Source of the DNA: a virus
Virus record (IMG/VR): IMGVR_UViG_3300008110_000322
Coordinates: 4,494 to 68,493 of that record
Direction: 5' to 3' (one strand)
DNA length: 64,000 bases
Both the position numbers and the translations under genes were made by a program. This document shows, piece by piece, positions 49,801 through 57,961 of this stretch (positions within the stretch are counted from its first letter, which is position 1; each line of letters begins with the position of its first letter). The notes below the pieces were generated by a model. It had not been told where the DNA came from. It saw only the letters and a program-made list of their open reading frames with translations, and did no database searches.

Positions 49801-52800
49801 AGCCAGGGTGTTCAAGGCGGATTAAGTGCTCAAGGTGCTGCTGGGGCTCAGGGTGTTCAGGGTGGATTAAGTGCTCAAGGTAGTCAAGGGACTCAGGGTG
49901 GATTAGGTACCCAAGGTGTCCAAGGTGGGTTAAGTGCTCAAGGGACGGCCGGAAGTCAAGGTAGCCAAGGAAGTCAAGGAGTGCAGGGCGGCTTGTCAGC
50001 TCAAGGTGGAGCTGGTAGCCAAGGTCTGCAGGGTGTTCAAGGTGGTTTAGCTGCTCAAGGTAGCCAGGGATCTCAGGGAACTCAAGGTGGATTAGGTGTT
50101 CAGGGATTACAAGGTTCTCAGGGTGGATTAAGTGCTCAAGGCTCTCAGGGCACACAAGGGGGAATAGGAGTACAGGGAGTACAAGGTAGCCAGGGATCTC
50201 AAGGTGGATTAGGTGTTCAAGGTGTCCAAGGTGGGTTAAGTGCTCAAGGTGCTGCTGGTAGTCAAGGTTCTCAGGGAACTCAAGGTGGATTAGGTGTTCA
50301 GGGTCTACAGGGTGTTCAGGGTGGTTTAGCCGCTCAGGGTAGCCAGGGCACTCAAGGTGGCTTGGGGGTTCAGGGATTACAAGGTAGCCAAGGTGTCCAA
50401 GGTGGATTAGGTCATCAGGGCATTCAAGGTGTTCAAGGTGGATTAGCTGCTCAGGGTAGCCAGGGCACTCAGGGGGGTCTAGGTTCTCAGGGTGTTCAAG
50501 GTGGGCTATCTGCACAGGGCGGCACAGGTAGCCAAGGTCTGCAGGGTGTTCAAGGTGGTTTAGCTGCTCAAGGCAGCCAAGGATCTCAAGGTGGATTAGG
50601 TGCTCAAGGTGGCTTAGGTGCTCAGGGATCTCAGGGTGGAGTAGGCAGTCAAGGTTCTCAGGGAACCCAAGGTGGATTAGGTGTTCAAGGTGTCCAAGGT
50701 GGACTAAGCGCTCAAGGTGCCGCAGGTAGCCAAGGCTTGCAAGGTGTTCAAGGTGGTCTAAGCGCTCAAGGTGCTGCAGGTAGTCAAGGTTCTCAGGGCG
50801 TTCAAGGAACTCAAGGTATTCAAGGTGGTTTAAGTGCTCAAGGATCACAAGGTAGTCAGGGTACTCAAGGCGTTCAAGGTGGCTTAAGCGCTCAAGGTGC
50901 CGCAGGCAGCCAAGGATTACAAGGTGTTCAGGGTGGATTAAGTGCCCAAGGAACACAGGGATCTTCTGGTAGTCAGGGTGGTGTTGGTTCCCAAGGTTCT
51001 ATTGGTTCTCAGGGTAGCCAAGGAACCCAAGGTGGATTAGGTACTCAAGGATCAGGAACTCAAGGTGGATTAGGAGTCCAAGGTGTTCAAGGTGGTCTAA
51101 GCGCTCAAGGTGCCGCAGGAAGCCAAGGTGTTCAAGGTGGTCTAAGCGCTCAAGGGGCCCAAGGTGGATTAGGTTCTCAGGGATCACAGGGAACTACTGG
51201 CTCTCAAGGTGGATTAGGTGCCCAAGGTTTACAAGGCGTTCAAGGTGGATTGTCTGCTCAGGGAGCCGCAGGGGCTCAAGGATTGCAGGGTGTCCAAGGT
51301 GGTCTAAGTGCTCAAGGGGCGGCCGGCGCTCAAGGTTTACAAGGGGCTCAAGGCCCACAGGGACGCCAAGGTGCTATTGGCGCTCAAGGTGGATTAGGTG
51401 CCCAAGGTTTACAGGGTGTTCAAGGTGGACTATCCGCTCAAGGTGCGGCGGGAGCGCAAGGTCTCCAAGGGTCTCAGGGTGCCATCGGTTCTCAAGGTGG
51501 GCAGGGAACTCAAGGTGGCTTAGGTGTTCAAGGTGTCCAAGGTGGCTTAGCTGCTCAAGGCGGACAGGGCACTCAAGGTGGTTTAGGAGTTCAAGGATCA
51601 CAAGGGGGAATTGGTGCTCAAGGTGGCTTAGGTGCTCAAGGTCTCCAAGGCGTTCAAGGTGGTCTGGCTGCTCAAGGCGGACAAGGTACTCAAGGTGGTT
51701 TAGGTGCTCAAGGTGTCCAAGGTGGTTTAAATGCCCAAGGCGCGGCGGGTGCTCAGGGTCTACAGGGCACTCAAGGTGACATAGGTGCTCAAGGTAGCCA
51801 AGGTATTCAGGGCAGACAGGGTGCAATCGGTCCTCAAGGTTTACAAGGTATTCAAGGTGGATTAAGCGCTCAGGGAGCGGCAGGTAGCCAGGGTCTCCAG
51901 GGTGTTCAAGGTGGTTTGGCTGCTCAAGGTGGGCAGGGTACTCAAGGTGGTTTAGGCGCTCAGGGGTCACAGGGAACTACTGGCGCTCAAGGTGTTCAAG
52001 GTGGTCTAAGTGCTCAAGGTGCCACAGGAAGCCAAGGTGTTCAGGGTGGATTAAGCGCTCAAGGTTCACAGGGAACTCAAGGAGGATTGGGTGCCCAAGG
52101 TGTTCAGGGCGGACTGAGCGCTCAGGGGTCTCAAGGTGTCCAAGGTGGTTTGGGGGCTCAAGGCTTACAAGGGGCTCTAAATGCTCAGGGGGCCGCTGGG
52201 GCGCAAGGCATTCAAGGATTACAGGGCGCTCAAGGTCCGCAGGGTAGGCAAGGTGCAATCGGTCCTCAAGGTTTACAAGGATCTCAAGGAACTCAAGGTG
52301 GATTAAGTGCTCAGGGTGCTGCGGGTAGTCAGGGATTGCAGGGTTCTCAAGGTGTCCAGGGTGGATTGAGTGCTCAAGGTGGTGTCGGTTCTCAGGGTGC
52401 TCAAGGTGGACTCAGCGCTCAAGGTGCGGCCGGTGCTCAAGGGTTACAGGGATCACAGGGAACCCAAGGTGGACTAGGCGCTCAAGGTGTTCAAGGTGGA
52501 CTCAGCGCTCAGGGCTCTCAGGGTGTTCAAGGCGGTTTAGGTGCTCAGGGTCTACAGGGTATTCAGGGTGTTCAAGGTATTCAGGGTAGACAAGGTGCTC
52601 TGGGGCCCCAAGGTGCCCTAAATGCTCAGGGAGCCGCTGGCGCTCAAGGTTTGGTTGGTTCTATCGCTAACTATTCAAGAAAGACCTCTCTTTATACTGC
52701 AGTCAACAGAGATCAACTAATTGCTGATACTTCTGGTGGAACCTTTACCATTAACCTCCCAGCAACTCCAGCAACTGGTGATCTAGTAAGAATTGCTGAT

Positions 52801-53370
52801 GGAGCTAGCTGGGCAACCAACAACCTCACAGTAGGTCGTAATGGTTCAACAATTGAAGGCACTGCTGAAGATTTAACTGTTGATATTGCTGGAGTCACTC
52901 TTGACTTTGTTTATGATGGTACTACATGGGAAGTTTATCCCTCTACTGGACTTAGCGTTATTTCTCCAGTTGATGTAGTAACAAGTGCCACTTATTATCC
53001 AGTATTTGTTGATGGTGCTGGTGGAAATAGGGCGGCAAATATTAGAACAACGTCTACGGCATTTAGCTTTAATCCTGCAACTTGCACTTTGACTGCAGTT
53101 GACTTTAACTCAACTTCTGATATTAACCTAAAGACAAATGTACAAACAATTGAAAATGCCCTAGATAAAATAAATAAACTTGAGGGCATTACCTTCAATT
53201 GGAAGAGGGATAATCGTCCATCTGTAGGTATCATCGCGCAAGATGTTGAAAAAGTATTTCCTGAGCTAGTAATGGAGACTAACGGAGAAAAAACAGTTAA
53301 TTATAATGGCCTTATTGGATTATTGGTTGAGGCCATTAAGGATCTAAATAAAAAGTTAGAGAATACTTGA
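46888..53370 (+). CDS. collagen-like (Gly-X-Gln) fibre with C-terminal peptidase S74 intramolecular chaperone
   Basis: VGIGTTNP fibre motifs; about 1500 aa of G-X-Q triplets; C-terminal TSDINLKTNV..GIIAQDVEKVFPELV..VNYNGLIGLLVEAIKDL. Confidence 0.88.
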   Translation: MSKYLSNRQKNLKIGISSYTESQTVLEVTGNTLVTGVSTISANSSTDALRITQTGTGNALVVEDSTNPDSTPFVVTATGSVGIGTTNPEGTGSVSLSGIALAVRGTGFFKDIRIGNAHPNQFFQRISAEGNTGINFEAYGNYVGGFYSTDYPLGLQLRNTSALYWSNTTSAALAGNADLYLYRDSSGVLAQRNVGVGQTFRIYNTFTGVTTNFERANLGWNNNVFIVGTEKGSSIGTARQMEFQTDGTTRVAITTTGLVGVGTTNATQSLDVNGNVRVRGGIVDSNNQIGLAGSILISTGIGISWTTPEAGLSVQGSQGTTGSQGSQGTQGSLGVQGSQGTQGLQGVQGTQGGLGSQGSIGAQGVQGRIGAQGIQGSQGGLGSQGAQGGQGSIGVQGAQGTLGAQGVQGNTGSQGGTGSQGSQGLLGSQGSQGTTGAQGSIGAQGLQGIQGTQGGLAAQGSQGTQGGLGAQGSQGVQGRQGAIGAQGSQGVQGGLSAQGAAGSQGAQGGLGAQGIQGGLSAQGAAGSQGAQGGLGAQGSQGSQGGLGSQGSTGAQGLQGTSGTQGSQGTQGGLGSQGSQGTQGVQGGLSAQGTAGSQGAQGGLGTQGSQGVQGIQGRQGAIGPQGLQGIQGGLAAQGAAGSQGLQGVQGGLAAQGAAGSQGGLGAQGSQGTQGIQGVQGGLSAQGSAGSQGLQGSQGTQGGLGSQGSQGSQGGLGAQGVQGGLSAQGGLGAQGSQGSQGGLGAQGSIGSQGSVGSQGTQGLQGSQGSQGTTGSQGSTGSQGTQGGLGAQGVQGGLSAQGIQGTQGIIGPKGNDGSSVSIIGSVPDVNVAPPNDPQQTLNTAFPSAVAGNGVIDELTGDLWVYTGTSWNNVGNIRGPQGTTGSQGAQGSQGTIGAQGFSGSQGSQGAQGGLGVQGSQGTTGAQGASGSQGLQGTQGVQGGLSAQGAAGAQGLQGAQGPQGRQGVIGPQGLQGSQGVQGGLSAQGAAGAQGVQGGLSAQGSQGTQGGLGTQGVQGGLSAQGTAGSQGSQGSQGVQGGLSAQGGAGSQGLQGVQGGLAAQGSQGSQGTQGGLGVQGLQGSQGGLSAQGSQGTQGGIGVQGVQGSQGSQGGLGVQGVQGGLSAQGAAGSQGSQGTQGGLGVQGLQGVQGGLAAQGSQGTQGGLGVQGLQGSQGVQGGLGHQGIQGVQGGLAAQGSQGTQGGLGSQGVQGGLSAQGGTGSQGLQGVQGGLAAQGSQGSQGGLGAQGGLGAQGSQGGVGSQGSQGTQGGLGVQGVQGGLSAQGAAGSQGLQGVQGGLSAQGAAGSQGSQGVQGTQGIQGGLSAQGSQGSQGTQGVQGGLSAQGAAGSQGLQGVQGGLSAQGTQGSSGSQGGVGSQGSIGSQGSQGTQGGLGTQGSGTQGGLGVQGVQGGLSAQGAAGSQGVQGGLSAQGAQGGLGSQGSQGTTGSQGGLGAQGLQGVQGGLSAQGAAGAQGLQGVQGGLSAQGAAGAQGLQGAQGPQGRQGAIGAQGGLGAQGLQGVQGGLSAQGAAGAQGLQGSQGAIGSQGGQGTQGGLGVQGVQGGLAAQGGQGTQGGLGVQGSQGGIGAQGGLGAQGLQGVQGGLAAQGGQGTQGGLGAQGVQGGLNAQGAAGAQGLQGTQGDIGAQGSQGIQGRQGAIGPQGLQGIQGGLSAQGAAGSQGLQGVQGGLAAQGGQGTQGGLGAQGSQGTTGAQGVQGGLSAQGATGSQGVQGGLSAQGSQGTQGGLGAQGVQGGLSAQGSQGVQGGLGAQGLQGALNAQGAAGAQGIQGLQGAQGPQGRQGAIGPQGLQGSQGTQGGLSAQGAAGSQGLQGSQGVQGGLSAQGGVGSQGAQGGLSAQGAAGAQGLQGSQGTQGGLGAQGVQGGLSAQGSQGVQGGLGAQGLQGIQGVQGIQGRQGALGPQGALNAQGAAGAQGLVGSIANYSRKTSLYTAVNRDQLIADTSGGTFTINLPATPATGDLVRIADGASWATNNLTVGRNGSTIEGTAEDLTVDIAGVTLDFVYDGTTWEVYPSTGLSVISPVDVVTSATYYPVFVDGAGGNRAANIRTTSTAFSFNPATCTLTAVDFNSTSDINLKTNVQTIENALDKINKLEGITFNWKRDNRPSVGIIAQDVEKVFPELVMETNGEKTVNYNGLIGLLVEAIKDLNKKLENT
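47830..52660 (+). repeat. 9-bp-period coding repeat (GGN-NNN-CAR) with one globular interruption at ~49321-49509
   Basis: Hundreds of caaggt/cagggt units; GC-richer than the flanks. Confidence 0.95.
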
Positions 53371-53371
53371 A

Positions 53372-55717
53372 ATGGCATTATTAAGTGATATTCTTGGAAG
53401 TGCTTATCAAGGAACACAAGGTTTAATTGGCGCTCAAGGCGTTCAAGGTAACCTTGGGGTGCAGGGTACAACGGGGGCTGGGGGCCAAGGTGCCGTAGGT
53501 ACACAGGGGCCTTTTGGTGCTCAGGGTGTTCAAGGTATTCAAGGTGGATTAAGTCCACAGGGAACTCAGGGGTCTCAAGGCGTCCAGGGTTTGCTCGGTC
53601 CGCAGGGGACTCAAGGTGTTCAAGGTGGCCTAGCTGCCCAAGGTTCACAGGGTCTTCAGGGCGGCCAAGGTATACAAGGTGCTCTCGGCGCCCAAGGAAC
53701 TATTGGTGATAATGGTGGTGCTCCCTATATCTTTAGCACTGCAACTGCAGATGCTGATCCCGGAAATGGTACCCTTAGATACAATAGTAGTAGCTTTGGT
53801 TCAATAACTCAGATCTTTATTGATAACCAAGATAATCTGTCAAACAACCTAACCGCTTGGTATGAAACTTGGGATGATTCTACCACTACTACCAACAGAG
53901 GATATCTTGTTCTTACAAGTGCAGCTAGTAGCGGCACTATTGTCAATATCTTTAGGGTCACTGGCGGCGTTACTAGTGCTACAGGATATTATAGGATCCC
54001 AGTTACTCATGTTGCCGGAAACAGCTTACCCGCCAATAATACAGTATTAAGTGTATCATTTTGTAGGAGCGGTGATCAGGGTACTCAGGGTGCTATTGGC
54101 TCTCAGGGGGCCCAAGGTCTTCAGGGAACTTTAGGCGCCCAAGGAACGATTGGTAATACTGGTGGCGTTCCTTATGTATTCACAACTGGAACTGGAGACA
54201 ACGATCCTGGGGACGGAAATTTTAAATATAACAACTCAACAATTGCTTCAGTAACTCAGATCTTTATTGATAACTTAGACAATTTAGGTAATACTCAAAC
54301 ATCTTGGTATAATACTTGGGATGATTCTACTTCTACCATTAAAGGTTATGTGGTATTAGGTAGTGCTGCCAGTTCTGGAATAACTGAAAATATATTTGCT
54401 GTTACTGGTGCTGTTACTGTTGCTACAGGTTATTATAAGATTCCTGTTTCTTATGTTTCCGGTTCTCTGCCAACCAACAACGCTGTTTTATCCTTTAATT
54501 TTATAAGAAATGGCGATCAGGGTCCTCAAGGTGCTGTTGGTGCCCAAGGTTCTCAAGGTGTTCAAGGTGGTCTGGGACCTCAAGGGTTGCAAGGGGCTCT
54601 AAATGCTCAAGGTGCTGCTGGGGCTCAGGGTCTACAAGGGGCCCAAGGTCCGCAGGGTAGGCAAGGTGCAATCGGCCCTCAAGGTTTACAGGGTTCACAG
54701 GGACAGCAGGGCACACAAGGTATTCAAGGTGGCCTAAGTCCACAGGGGGGCGTTGGTTCGCAGGGTCCACAGGGAGCCATTGGTGCTCAAGGTTCTCAGG
54801 GCGTTCAAGGTGGTTTAGCTGCTCAAGGCGGGCAAGGTGCCATTGGATCTCAAGGCGCAATTGGGGCTCAAGGATTACAGGGCGTTCAAGGTGGTCTAAG
54901 CGCTCAAGGTGCAGCAGGGGCTCAAGGTCTCCAAGGAACAGTTGGCGCTCAAGGTGGATTAGGTGCCCAAGGTTTGCAGGGCATTCAGGGTACTTTAAAC
55001 TCTCAGGGGGCTGCTGGAGCGCAAGGAATCCTAGGTGCTCAAGGTGTTCAAGGTACTCTAAGCTCTCAGGGTGCTGTTGGCGCTCAGGGTACTACAGGAA
55101 CCGCAGGAAGTAACCCTAACTGGTATGGTGTAGTTTATGGCGCATGGGGAGACTGTGACCCTCAGGATTTGATGGACCATGCTCTAACTAGCGGAACAAT
55201 TGCACCAACTCCAACTAACATCAGCATCAGCGTAGCAAGAATTGCTTATTTTTCCCCTCCTGCCGATATTACGGTCAATAAAATTCGTTTCTTCGGTGTA
55301 GGCGCAACAACTAACGTTTATCGTGTTGCAATTTATAATGGCGACACATTAGCTAGATTAACTAACGAACTTGCTTTCAGTACCGCAGCGAACACCTGGG
55401 GTTCGGCAGGCTCTGCTCTTAACTTAACACTAACTGCCAACCAAACTTATTTTATTGCAGTATCAGTAAACGCAACTGGTACTACAGCAGGTATCCTCGC
55501 AATGAATACTACTGTTGCTGCAACTACAGGACAAATGACAGTTCTTCCTAAGAGTTTCCCCGGTTCTTTGGATATTGATAGTCATTACATCAGAGGCGCA
55601 TTTGCTCAGTTTGCGGTTACCAGTGGTGCCCTACCTGCAACTGCAGCAACAATCGCAACTCAGGCAGCATGGACTGGTGGTTTCCCTGCATTCTGGTTGG
55701 ATAGTAACAACGCATAA
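53372..55717 (+). CDS. second collagen-like (Gly-X-Gln) fibre with duplicated globular domain
   Basis: Three G-X-Q tracts separated by two homologous ~120-aa domains; C-terminal beta-sandwich-like domain. Confidence 0.85.
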   Translation: MALLSDILGSAYQGTQGLIGAQGVQGNLGVQGTTGAGGQGAVGTQGPFGAQGVQGIQGGLSPQGTQGSQGVQGLLGPQGTQGVQGGLAAQGSQGLQGGQGIQGALGAQGTIGDNGGAPYIFSTATADADPGNGTLRYNSSSFGSITQIFIDNQDNLSNNLTAWYETWDDSTTTTNRGYLVLTSAASSGTIVNIFRVTGGVTSATGYYRIPVTHVAGNSLPANNTVLSVSFCRSGDQGTQGAIGSQGAQGLQGTLGAQGTIGNTGGVPYVFTTGTGDNDPGDGNFKYNNSTIASVTQIFIDNLDNLGNTQTSWYNTWDDSTSTIKGYVVLGSAASSGITENIFAVTGAVTVATGYYKIPVSYVSGSLPTNNAVLSFNFIRNGDQGPQGAVGAQGSQGVQGGLGPQGLQGALNAQGAAGAQGLQGAQGPQGRQGAIGPQGLQGSQGQQGTQGIQGGLSPQGGVGSQGPQGAIGAQGSQGVQGGLAAQGGQGAIGSQGAIGAQGLQGVQGGLSAQGAAGAQGLQGTVGAQGGLGAQGLQGIQGTLNSQGAAGAQGILGAQGVQGTLSSQGAVGAQGTTGTAGSNPNWYGVVYGAWGDCDPQDLMDHALTSGTIAPTPTNISISVARIAYFSPPADITVNKIRFFGVGATTNVYRVAIYNGDTLARLTNELAFSTAANTWGSAGSALNLTLTANQTYFIAVSVNATGTTAGILAMNTTVAATTGQMTVLPKSFPGSLDIDSHYIRGAFAQFAVTSGALPATAATIATQAAWTGGFPAFWLDSNNA

Positions 55718-55722
55718 TAGTC

Positions 55723-55730
55723 TATAAATA
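55723..55730 (+). promoter_or_regulatory. late promoter (TATAAATA)
   Basis: Exact T4 late consensus 22 nt before the 55753 ATG. Confidence 0.7.
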
Positions 55731-55752
55731 ACAGCACTGAATTACACAAATT

Positions 55753-56724
55753 ATGAATTTTGTAAAGGCCGTCCTTGATAATGGCGGAGATATAAAGCCT
55801 TTGGTTATTCCATCGGAGCTAACAAATGGAACCGGATTATGTAATCCATCCGTTTTTACTTTAAACGATAAAATATTAGTTAATCTAAGGCACATCCAAT
55901 ACACTCTGTACCATTCTGAGCTTTGTAAATATGAACATCAGTATGGTCCGTTGGTGTATCTAAATCCAGAAAATGATATAACCTTAACTACTACAAATTA
56001 TATCTGTGAACTTAATAATGATCTAGAGATTATCCACTATAGTAAGGTTGATACATCTTCTCTTGATAAGCCCCCTATTTGGGAGTTTGTCGGATTAGAA
56101 GATTCAAGGCTAGTAAAATGGGGGGATAAGGTTTATCTTACTGGTGTTAGGAGGGATACAACTACCAATGGTCAAGGTAGAATGGAGTTGAGTGAACTTG
56201 ATTTTACTGATACTGAAGTTAAGGAAATTGATCGTTTCCGTATTCCAGCCCCAGGAAAAGATGATTCATATTGTGAAAAAAATTGGATGCCAATTCTGGA
56301 TATTCCCTATCATTATGTAAAGTGGACAAATCCAACTGAAGTTGTAAAAGTTGACCCTGAAGAGAAAACATGCGAGACCGTTCATTTAGGTGAATGGAAG
56401 GAAATGCCGAAGGATCTTCGCGGAGGCTCTCAGGTAATTTCTTTTATGGATGGCTACCTGACAATCAACCACGAAACCGATCTCTATAAGAGCGAAGCTG
56501 GAAGAAAGGACGCAACCTATAGACATAGATTTACCTATTGGGATAAAGATTGGAATATTGTAAAGTTCTCTAAGGTCTTTAGTTTTATGGAAGCAAAGAT
56601 TGAATTTGCTTGTGGTATGGCTAAGCTTGAAGATGATTACTTAATTACTTTTGGGTTCCAAGATAATGCAGCTTATATTTTAAGAGTACCCGGACAATTT
56701 TTGGAGGACTTTATCAATGAATGA
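55753..56724 (+). CDS. beta-propeller glycosidase/phosphorylase-like protein (GH130/GH43-like)
   Basis: CNPSVF, GLEDSRL, CEKNWMP, LRGGSQ and IEFACG motifs. Confidence 0.65.
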   Translation: MNFVKAVLDNGGDIKPLVIPSELTNGTGLCNPSVFTLNDKILVNLRHIQYTLYHSELCKYEHQYGPLVYLNPENDITLTTTNYICELNNDLEIIHYSKVDTSSLDKPPIWEFVGLEDSRLVKWGDKVYLTGVRRDTTTNGQGRMELSELDFTDTEVKEIDRFRIPAPGKDDSYCEKNWMPILDIPYHYVKWTNPTEVVKVDPEEKTCETVHLGEWKEMPKDLRGGSQVISFMDGYLTINHETDLYKSEAGRKDATYRHRFTYWDKDWNIVKFSKVFSFMEAKIEFACGMAKLEDDYLITFGFQDNAAYILRVPGQFLEDFINE

Positions 56725-57961
56725 TGCTCTTTATGCCTATGTGAAAGATACGGAAAATCCTGAACTTAACTTTAACCTAGCTTTAGAATACGAGAAGGTA
56801 GGACAAACAGCGGCTGCTATCTCATTCTTTTTGCGTGCTGCCGATAGAACGCAAGATTTAGATTTGGCTTATGAATGCTTCCTAAGAATGGCATCATGCT
56901 TTAATCTACAGAACAACAGAGTTTATACAGTAAGGGGATTATATCAGCAAGCAATTGCACTATTGCCCAAAAGACCCGAGGCTTATTTTCTGTACGGTAG
57001 ATATTTGGGTTGGATCACTCAATATGCAGAAGCTTATACCATGCTCAATGTTGGTTTAGCTACTGCAGACTTCTCAACACCAGAGCTAAGAACCAATGTT
57101 GAATACCCTGGTAAGTATGGATTGATCTTTGAGAAGGCAGTTTCTGCTTATTGGTGGGGTAAGAACATGGAATCCCGCAAATTATTTCATGATCTTGTTG
57201 ATGATTATTGGGATGTAATGACAGATCATTACAAATCCATGGTTGAAAGTAATATCACTAGATTGGGTTCTGGACCAGAATCTCAGGCATTTACCTATTA
57301 CTTTAAGCAAGACCACGATAAACTGCGCTTTAACTTTAAGGGAAGCAAAGAGATAGAACGCAACTATTCACAAGTTTACCAAGATATGTTTATTCTTTCT
57401 GTTCTAAATGGGAAGAAAAACGGAACTTATCTTGAAGTAGGTGGTGCGGATCCTTTCCTTGGAAATAATACATTTTTGCTTGAGCAAGATTATGATTGGA
57501 AAGGTATATCCCTAGAAAATGATGCTAAGTTTATTGATAATTACAAGAATAATAGGAAGAACCCTGTACTACATACAGATGCCCTAAAACTTGATTACAA
57601 GAAACTACTAGAGACCCACTTTGAAACAAAGGAAATAGATTATCTACAGTTAGATATTGAGCCGGCCCGCAATACTTTTGAAGTTCTTCTTTCAATTCCA
57701 TTTGAGGAATACAAGTTTGCTGTTATCACATATGAGCATGATTATTATGTTGATGTTACAAAATCCTACAGAGACAAGTCCAGAAAGTATCTACAATTGA
57801 TGGGATATGAGCTAGTTGTAAATGATGTTTCTCCTGATGGCATCAGTAACTTTGAGGACTGGTGGGTACATCCAGACCTAGTGGATTCAGAAATCATCAA
57901 AGTTATGAAAGACAGTGATGACAAGACCAAAAAGGCAAAAAATTATATTCTATCAAAATGA
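56717..57961 (+). CDS. TPR protein fused to FkbM-type SAM methyltransferase
   Basis: TPR-like helices (QQAIALLPKRPEAYFLYG); YSQVYQDMF, GTYLEVGG..GNNT, IDYLQLDIEP, ITYEHD and EDWWV motifs. Confidence 0.75.
   Translation: MNDALYAYVKDTENPELNFNLALEYEKVGQTAAAISFFLRAADRTQDLDLAYECFLRMASCFNLQNNRVYTVRGLYQQAIALLPKRPEAYFLYGRYLGWITQYAEAYTMLNVGLATADFSTPELRTNVEYPGKYGLIFEKAVSAYWWGKNMESRKLFHDLVDDYWDVMTDHYKSMVESNITRLGSGPESQAFTYYFKQDHDKLRFNFKGSKEIERNYSQVYQDMFILSVLNGKKNGTYLEVGGADPFLGNNTFLLEQDYDWKGISLENDAKFIDNYKNNRKNPVLHTDALKLDYKKLLETHFETKEIDYLQLDIEPARNTFEVLLSIPFEEYKFAVITYEHDYYVDVTKSYRDKSRKYLQLMGYELVVNDVSPDGISNFEDWWVHPDLVDSEIIKVMKDSDDKTKKAKNYILSK

Noticed and set aside
47822-54860. Long minus-strand ORFs (up to 393 aa, LEHL-rich)
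   Set aside because: Antisense shadows of the G-X-Q codon repeat; no RBS or promoter, and all real genes are on the + strand
47830-55100. Repeat array as possible CRISPR or non-coding satellite
   Set aside because: Period is 9 nt with third-position variation inside open frames; no constant repeats with unique spacers
44176-55717. Diversity-generating retroelement or invertase-based fibre switching
   Set aside because: No reverse transcriptase, recombinase, inverted cassette or template/variable repeat pair with adenine-specific mismatches was seen in the window
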